In this document: positions 35,331 to 43,813 of the stretch, piece after piece | Numbering within the stretch: the first letter of the stretch is position 1 | Layout: the number at the start of each line of letters is the position of its first letter | NCBI RefSeq assembly: GCF_001194135.2 | Contig: NC_068991.1 | Location: 40,909,997 to 40,953,809 of the forward strand | From: Octopus bimaculoides | Lineage: Eukaryota | DNA: 43,813 nucleotides | Direction of reading: 5' to 3' | Notes under the pieces: model-generated | Seen by the model: the letters and a program-made list of their open reading frames with translations, nothing else | Database searches by the model: none | What the model was told of the DNA's origin: nothing | Position numbers and translations under genes: made by a program

Positions 35331-36153
35331 CTAAGGCTTGATACAAAATACGGCAAACTTTTACCTTTACCAATAATGTAAACTTTTACGTAAAAATTTA
35401 CCCAAAATACAAAACGAACTGCTACTTTTGCCTTGGATCAAACAATATTCTTGTTAAATATGTATTTCATATAATTACACAACTTCAAAAAAAAAAAAAT
35501 TAAATATACATATTTGAAGCATTATTGGGAATAACTATTCTTATCTTTTAGGGAAGGAAAAGGACACAGAATGGTTGGATGGGGACCAAATTGTAGAAAT
35601 TTTTGAAAAATGAAAATTCCAAACTGTAATTCTCGTTGTGTGAAACATGGGAATACTAAAAACAATAAAATGAAGGACAACATTCTTTTCCTTTCCCATC
35701 AGGCATGGGACTTTGAGGGATAGCTGTTCTAAAATTCTACCTATTGTTGCTGGTTCTTCAGAAATTTAAAAGAATTTCGGTTTTTTTTTTTTGCCTTTTT
35801 TTTTTTAGTTTAAGGTAATATCATAAGATTGCCATTATCTACTCACCCACTGGATCAATGTATCTTTCTTGCTTGGATCCATTGAGTTTGCTACAGAAAT
35901 AGACTAACTTGAATATCAAAGCCGCACATATTTAGGAAGGGAACAGTCGATAACTGGTATTTATTTTATCGACTCCAGAAGGATGAAGCTGCTGTTTGTT
36001 GAATAGGAATTCGAAAGAAAAGAGTAAAGAAATAATAATGATAAAGAAGAATAAACGAAACCAGGTTTTTAACCGGCAAAATTACTTTATCTTCACAACA
36101 AGCCAGACTTTTAACGAAATTGTGTGTGTGTGTGTGTGTGTAATGTATGAGGT

Positions 36154-36189
<36 letters not shown>

Positions 36190-36380
36190 TGTGTGCGTGT
36201 GTGTGTGCGTGTGTGCGCGCCCGCGTTAACAGAAAGGGAAAGAAGTGAAAGAAAGATTAACGATTCGCGTAACCCTTATACTGCTCTGAATAATTTATTT
36301 ATATCTTTTATTATAATTTAATAAAATACACAGATAATAAAATATATAAATAGTAACAGAAGCGCAAGGGTACTCGAATC

Positions 36381-36433
<53 letters not shown>

Positions 36434-37006
36434 CTAGGATATCCTTTCGTTAAAATTTGACTTCTGCGATGATAAATTTCATAAAATAAATTTGGCGGTT
36501 AAAAGCCTCGTTTTCGTTTTTCGGATCAGTATTCAACATCCGGGACTTTGTGTCTTTACATCATTTTCAGGTTTGTTTTCCGAACATTTCTTCCATTTTT
36601 CTACGTCATCGAACAAATGTATGATTTGAATTTATCAGTGCTTCTCTCGTCACACACAGTGGAGGTTATGTCTTCTTGATGAGGTTTCATAAGAGAGAGA
36701 TATAATCAGAGTTGTTCCCCTTGTCAAAATATGCCATGCAATGCCTAATATTGCTTTTTCCCCTCACCACATAATTTCGTTTTCTAATCTCCTCTACATT
36801 AAACATGTTAACTGTGTCAACATATAGCTTTGTGGTCTCTGTTGTAAACTGAAGCATATCTTTCACCATGAATAATAATAATCTTAGTAGGAGTGAGTGA
36901 CTGTCAGAGATGTTAAGTGTAGGCAAACTGTAGTAAAATGCCGTTGGTGTTTTAATCAAAATAAAACTGCAAATTTTTATCATAAATTGTATTTAGTTTA
37001 TCAGTT

Positions 37007-38935
37007 GGCCAGTCAGGCGGTACTGGCAACGGCCACGCTCAAAATGGTGTATTTTACGTGCCACCTGCACAGGAGCCAGTCCAGCGGCACTGGCAACGAT
37101 CTCACTTGAATGTCTTTACATGTACCACTGGCACAAGTGCCAGGAAGGCAACGCTGGGCACAGATCCCATCACGGTTTCACTTTCGCTTGCCCCAACAGG
37201 TCTTCGCAAGCCGAGTTATATGTCCAATGAAGGAGACGAAATTGGCAAGGGTGTCAGTCGTCGACTTTAGTTCAATTTCGATTTCACTTGCCTCAACAGG
37301 TCTTCGCAAGTGGAGTTTAGTGTCCAATGAAGGAAAGGTACGCATAAGTGGGCTGGCTACACCCCTGCCAGAGGCCTTGGATTTAGGTCTCNNNNNNNNN
37401 NNNNNNNNNNNNNNNNNNNNNNNNNNNNNNNNNNNNNNNNNNNNNNNNNNNNNNNNNNNNNNNNNNNNNNNNNNNNNNNNNNNNNNNNNNNNNNNNNNNN
37501 NNNNNNNNNNNNNNNNNNNNNNNNNNNNNNNNNNNNNNNNNNNNNNNNNNNNNNNNNNNNNNNNNNNNNNNNNNNNNNNNNNNNNNNNNNNNNNNNNNNN
37601 NNNNNNNNNNNNNNNNNNNNNNNNNNNNNNNNNNNNNNNNNNNNNNNNNNNNNNNNNNNNNNNNNNNNNNNNNNNNNNNNNNNNNNNNNNNNNNNNNNNN
37701 NNNNNNNNNNNNNNNNNNNNNNNNNNNNNNNNNNNNNNNNNNNNNNNNNNNNNNNNNNNNNNNNNNNNNNNNNNNNNNNNNNNNNNNNNNNNNNNNNNNN
37801 NNNNNNNNNNNNNNNNNNNNNNNNNNNNNNNNNNNNNNNNNNNNNNNNNNNNNNNNNNNNNNNNNNNNCACCAAGATAGCGGAAGCTATCAACCACTTCT
37901 AGTTTTTCTCCCTGGAATGTGGCAGAAGTTGTTTTCTGCACATTCACAGTGTTTATAGCTCCTGAACATCTGCTACAAACGAAAACTAACTTCCTAGTTA
38001 ACCATCCTTTGATATTGCTGCACCTCTTATGTGCCCATAGCTTACACTGGGTGCATCTTATAGAGTTTCTACCTATGCCTTTTCTACAGATCAAGCAGGG
38101 CCATCTACTTGAAGGGGTTTGTGTTTTGTCTACCTTCCTACTTATTAGGACTTTGGTTTAAGCTAAGTTGAATCTAAGGCCCTTCGATTCTAGTCCTTGC
38201 TTCCACACCTGAAACTTCTCCTCTAGTTCTGATAGTGACTCCGCAATTAGTGCAAGGTCATCAGCATAGAGGAGCTCCCAGGGGCATCCTGTCTTGAATT
38301 CCTCTGTTATAGCCTGGAGGACTATGATAAATAGGAGGGGGCTGAGGACAGAACTTTGGTGGACCCCATACCTCCACTCGGAATTCTTCACTGTACTCAT
38401 TGCCAACCCTCACCTCACTGACAGTGTCTCTGTACATGGCTCGCACAGCTCTCACTAACCATTCTTCTATCCCTAGTTTCCTCATTGACCACCAGATGAG
38501 GGATCGGGGGACCCTGTCAAAGGCTTTCTCCATGTCAACAAAAGCCAGGTACAGAGGTTTATCCTTGGCTAGGTATTTCTCCTGAAGCTGTCTTACCACA
38601 AATATAGCATCAGTGGTGCTTTTCCCAGGCACGAACCCAAACTGCATCTCATCTAAACTGACTCACTCTCTAAGTAGTTGGGCTATGACCCTTTCCGTGA
38701 CTTTCATTACCTGATCTAAAAGCTTGATACCTCTGTAATTATTTGTATCTAAAGCGTCACCTTTACCTTTGTAGCAGTTGACTATGGTGCTGCTACACCA
38801 GTCATTGAGTATGACTCCTCCGTGTATCACCTGGTTAACAATATGGGTGACTAGGCTATAGCCAACACTGCCAGATATTTTGAGCATCTCTGCAGTGATT
38901 CCTGATGGGCCAGGGGCCCTCCCTGTCTTCATACT
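37007..38935 (-). mobile_element. RTE (BovB-like) LINE, 5'-truncated, RT domain plus 3' UTR, spanning a gap
   Basis: APGPSGITAEMLK, YKGKGD...NYRGIKLL, QFGFVPGKSTTDAIF, FVDMEKAFDRV, LSPLLF, LYADDL, FRYLG; few stops and frameshifts. Confidence 0.95.
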
Positions 38936-40442
38936 CTTGGGAGACATGCACAAGTGTGCCCCTGATGATTTTCTTTCCTCATAACTTTATACTTCAGATA
39001 ATACAGATTCTAATTAAATCGGAATGTGTTGTGAAAATTTTTTTCAAGGGTGGAGAGAGGAGTTTTGGAAAAATTGGCATGTGTCAGCTTTGTTTCCTCA
39101 TAACTTTCAGAAAAATTGGTACTTTTTAATTGGTACTTTTTCTACATATATCTTTCAGATGGTGAAGATTATGATTATATCAGAATGTAATAAAAAAAGT
39201 TGGTGGGCTACGCCATACATACTGACTGTCACACATCACATTTATCTACAAACTGAAACTTGAAATTTTAAAAAAAATTGTGATGTGTGTCAGTATGCAT
39301 GTGTGTGAGCCCACCAATTTCTTTTTTTCATATTAAATTCCAAGATAGTCGTAATCAACACACCCTGAAATTTATGAGAAAACAAAGCCAACTCATGTGA
39401 CTTTTCTGAAACTCCATTCCCTCTCTCAGAAAAAACTTTTCACAACAAGTTCTAATACAATCNNNNNNNNNNNNNNNNNNNNNNNNNNNNNNNNNNNNNN
39501 NNNNNNNNNNNNNNNNNNNNNNNNNNNNNNNNNNNNNNNNNNNNNNNNNNNNNNNNNNNNNNNNNNNNNNNNNNNNNNNNNNNNNNNNNNNNNNNNNNNN
39601 NNNNNNNNNNNNNNNNNNNNNNNNNNNNNNNNNNNNNNNNNNNNNNNNNNNNNNNNNNNNNNNNNNNNNNNNNNNNNNNNNNNNNNNNNNNNNNNNNNNN
39701 NNNNNNNNNNNNNNNNNNNNNNNNNNNNNNNNNNNNNNNNNNNNNNNNNNNNNNNNNNNNNNNNNNNNNNNNNNNNNNNNNNNNNNNNNNNNNNNNNNNN
39801 NNNNNNNNNNNNNNNNNNNNNNNNNNNNNNNNNNNNNNNNNNNNNNNNNNNNNNNNNNNNNNNNNNNNNNNNNNNNNNNNNNNNNNNNNNNNNNNNNNNN
39901 NNNNNNNNNNNNNNNNNNNNNNNNNNNNNNNNNNNNNNNNNNNNNNNNNNNNNNNNNNNNNNNNNNNNNNNNNNNNNNNNNNNNNNNNNNNNNNNNNNNN
40001 NNNNNNNNNNNNNNNNNNNNNNNNNNNNNNNNNNNNNNNNNNNNNNNNNNNNNNNNNNNNNNNNNNNNNNNNNNNNNNNNNNNNNNNNNNNNNNNNNNNN
40101 NNNNNNNNNNNNNNNNNNNNNNNNNNNNNNNNNNNNNNNNNNNNNNNNNNNNNNNNNNNNNNNNNNNNNNNNNNNNNNNNNNNNNNNNNNNNNNNNNNNN
40201 NNNNNNNNNNNNNNNNNNNNNNNNNNNNNNNNNNNNNNNNNNNNNNNNNNNNNNNNNNNNNNNNNNNNNNNNNNNNNNNNNNNNNNNNNNNNNNNNNNNN
40301 NNNNNNNNNNNNNNNNNNNNNNNNNNNNNNNNNNNNNNNNNNNNNNNNNNNNNNNNTATATATTCCATATTCTATATCCCACATTAATTTTACAAGAATA
40401 TAAATAAAACATAAAAAACAGAGTTGGAACTCTTTTAAATAA

Positions 40443-40489
<47 letters not shown>

Positions 40490-40493
40490 TACA

Positions 40494-42400
40494 TCATCAT
40501 CATCATCATTGTTTAACGTCTGTTTTCCATGCTGGTAAGACTGTTTGACTGAGGTCTGGAGAGCCAGCGGCTGCACCAGGCTCCAATCTGATCCGGCAGT
40601 GTTTCTACAGCTGGATGCCCTTCCTATACCAACCATTCTGAGAGTGTAGTGGATGCTTTTTACGTGTCACCGTCACAGGAGCCAGTCAGGTGAGCCTGGC
40701 ATCGATCACATTTGGATAGTGCTTTTTACAAATGCTAGCTTCATTTTTTTCAAGCCTAAGCATGTCCTCAGCAGTCATGGCCCATGTTTCACTACCATGT
40801 AGCATGGCAGTTTGCTCACATGCATCATACAGTCTTCCTTTCATCCTGTGCAAGAGGCCCTTCATTGTCAGCAGAAGTAGAAGCTCCCTGTACTTTGCCC
40901 TGGCTATTCTTATTCTAGCCGCTACACTCTCAGAGCAACCACCCCCACTACAGACTTAGTCGCCTAGGTAGCGGAAGCTGTTAACAACTTATAATTTCTC
41001 CCCCTAGCATGTAATGGAATCTGTTTTCTGTACACTTTCAGTGTTTATTGCCCCTGTGTATCTGCCACACACAAAAACTGTCTTCCTGGTTAACCTTCCT
41101 TTGATATTGCTGCACCTTTTATGTGTCCATAGCTTACACCAGGTACACCGTATGGAGTTTCTACCAATGCCTTTTCTACAGATCAAGCAGGGCCATCTAC
41201 CTGAAGGGGTTTGTGATTTGTCAGCCTTCTTACTTACTAAGACTTTGGTTTTTGCTAGGTTGACCTTAAGGCCCTTTGATTCTAGACCTTGCTTCCACAC
41301 CCTAAACTTTGTCTCTGGTTCTGGCAGTGACTCAGCTATTAGAGTGAGGTCATCAGCATAGAGGAGCTCCCAGGAGAAACCTGTCTTGAATTCCTCTGTT
41401 ATTGCTTGGAGGACTATAATGAATAGGAGGTGGCTGAGGAGTGATCCTTAGTGAATCCCTACTTCTACCCAGAATTCTTCACTATACTTGTTGCCAACCC
41501 TCACCTTATTGACAGCATCCCTGTACAGGCCTTGTACAGCTCTTACCAACCACTCGTCTATTCCCAGTTTCTGCATTGACCACCAAATAAGTGATCAGGT
41601 AACCCTGTCAAAGGCTTTCTCCTAATCAACAAAAACCAAGTACAGAAGTTTATTTTTGGCTTGATATTTCTCCTGCAGTTGCCTTACTAGAAATATAGCA
41701 TCAGTGGTGCTTCTGCTTGGTACAAACCCAAACTGCATCTCATCTAGGCTAACTCTCTCCCTAATTAGTTGGGCTATGATCCTCTCTGTAACTTTCATCA
41801 CCTGATCCAATAATTTGATACCTCTGCAGTTATTTCTGTCTAAAGCATCACCTTTACCTTTGTAGCAGTTGACTATGGTGCTGCTACACCAGTCATTGGG
41901 TATGACTCCTTCATGAACTACCTGATTTACAATGTGGGTGACAAGACCATAATCCACACTACCTGATATTTTAAGCATCTCAGCGGTGATTCCTGATGAG
42001 CCAGGTACTTTCCGTCTTCATATCCTTAATTGCTTTATCTACCAAGTTACTGTTGATTTGGGTAGCTGGTCCCTCAATTGGGTCAGCCTTTGGCAGACTC
42101 TCCTCCTCCCATTCATTCTCCACATTCAGCAGTCTTTCGTAATGGCATCTCCAAGCCTCTTTCTTTGCAGAATCATTAAACACAAGGGCACCATCATCCA
42201 TGCAGACACAATCCTCTACTATGACATCACGGTTTTCTCTCACACACCGTCTTGCAAACTGAAATACTTGAGTTCTTTGGTCCTCACATCACGAAACATA
42301 GGCAAACTTCTTCTTTTCTGCTACTCCTTTGGCTATCTATACCTGTCTCTTAGCTTCCCTTTTGGCTGATAATTTATCTCAATGAACAAGTCTAGCATGT
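40494..42400 (-). mobile_element. Second RTE LINE copy (linker, RT, C-terminus with deletion, 3' UTR, (GAT)n tail)
   Basis: Same RT motifs as 37870-38935, plus MLHGSETWAM; several stops. Confidence 0.93.
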
Positions 42401-42940
42401 ATACGTAAAACATGGGCAGACCATCCAAACTAGGCAGTGTGTCATTCACACAACTACTTACCATCAACTGTCTCTCAACAGTTGTTATCTGCTTTTGCAG
42501 AACTCCACATTCTCTGGGAAGATACCTAACAGGCTTTTAAGGTAGACACTAAAGTCCATTTCTGATTCCAGTTCATCATCCTAGCAGAAAAGTTAAGAAA
42601 GAAGCTACAGGAAAGCTTCACACATCTGCCTCAAATCTAGTAGTATATACCCATCTTGGTCCAACTTACCATGTTGCACTGCTGCAACCTGAGCCCATCA
42701 AATGGCTTTCTTCCTTACATGTTAGAGCATATGCTCTATCTCTGACAACACAACTTTTATATTGCATGTTGAAGAAATAGTCATAGGCTATTTTTACTGG
42801 TACTACATCAAGCAAAATACCTTTCCTAATTGCCTGATCTAATTTGCATGTTAGCTCCCTTCTGTTTCTTTCTACTTCTCCACTAAATATCATCGACTCT
42901 TCTTTAATCACCCTCTCAGTCCAACCACTGGTTGTCAATG
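42400..42940 (-). mobile_element. Degenerate RTE-type APE endonuclease remnant
   Basis: GWT....SMIFSG....RE...LDQ...K.....FFNM.....AYALT..EE resembles the RTE endonuclease N-terminal half. Confidence 0.5.
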
Positions 42941-43196
42941 ACCAACCTTTTCAACAAAGCTAAATAGAGGTTTGCTAACAGGATAAAAAGCATTACAGAC
43001 AACCTGTTATCCTGAAATATACCTGTCGATGACCTAATTCTGTTTGTGACTTGTTTGTTTTTATGTACGCATGTGTGAATTCATATATCTATACACATTG
43101 AATTCTCTACATATATTGAACTCCATATCAAGCAATGCATCTGCTAAGTAATTAATATTTTTTTATATGTAAAATCATAGTTATTTCATTGGTTAG

Positions 43197-43517
43197 ATCT
43201 AGAGGAAGGGGCTATGTCCATGACCTCTGCAAGTCCCCAAGAACCAGTAAGATCAATGCTATTAACATTCCACTTGAAAAGATGCAAGTCAAAGATGTAG
43301 GAAAAACATGTGCAGAAAAGGAATTTCCAGAGGAATAATGTTATGGGAAGAAGGACTGGGTATTACACAGCCACAGCCTGCAGGACTCCCTGATTGGTAC
43401 ACTTAGGGGAAGTTGGCATAAGACTAGCCAAGCCCAGAGAGCAGAGGCCATTGTAGTAGTGGTAGAAAAGGCAGAGAAAGCACACAATGTCTGTGGACCA
43501 GAGGTGGAAGTGTGTTG
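43197..43517 (+). mobile_element. Possible highly degenerate HERO-like RLE fragment
   Basis: NIPLE..., CRGL-like and EKAEKA..CLW patterns appear only across frameshifts. Confidence 0.3.
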
Positions 43518-43543
43518 GTAAGCATGGAGTGTTTGTTTGTGTA

Positions 43544-43585
<42 letters not shown>

Positions 43586-43813
43586 AGTGTGTGTGTCTGT
43601 GTGTAATTATACATGCACACTGGATATTGTACATGATACTCAGCTTTTCAAGCTCTTAGTCAGAAACATCAGCAAGCTTGAACATATAAATAAATATATT
43701 TTAAAGTTATTATTTACGGTTATCGTTTTGAAGAAGGATAAATACAAAAAAAAAAAGCAGTAACAAACATCTGCCACAGATTAAGAGATGAATGCCTTTA
43801 ACAGTAATAAAAG

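Noticed and set aside
34740-35340. Plus-strand pseudo-ORF (SEAFVFRKLL...YSYDGFRQLFRF...) that looked like a processed pseudogene
   Set aside because: The minus strand gives a recognisable HERO-type RLE; the plus frame matches nothing I recognise.
36439-36448. U12-type donor ATATCCTTTC
   Set aside because: No upstream exon or matching AC acceptor; it follows a microsatellite.

Overview
Repeat-rich, AT-rich eukaryotic genomic DNA with seven N gaps (659-1327, 2239-2649, 10367-10590, 11075-11897, 30914-31475, 37392-37868, 39463-40356). The SINE and RTE families look like those I know from octopus, so a coleoid cephalopod origin is inferred, not verified. The main feature, missed by the ORF track, is a minus-strand multi-exon gene. 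I reconstructed it by hand from 11 phase-compatible exons (30233 to 6493; it probably continues off the left edge). It encodes an N-terminal Hook/NuMA-type CH-like domain, a Ser/acidic linker and a long coiled coil, most similar from memory to NuMA (mitotic dynein adaptor). The introns and upstream region hold many decayed mobile elements. Among them are a hAT (hATm-like) DNA transposon with 18-bp TIRs and an 8-bp TSD and a chimeric Tx1/L1 element joined at a 13-nt microhomology. There are also CR1/L2-group, R4/Dong, CRE and HERO fragments, several tRNA-derived SINE families and many RTE copies. Two RTE copies carry a C4HC3 PHD-type finger inserted inside the reverse transcriptase domain. No CRISPR array, rRNA or genuine tRNA gene was seen. 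All family assignments come from remembered motifs; no searches were run.
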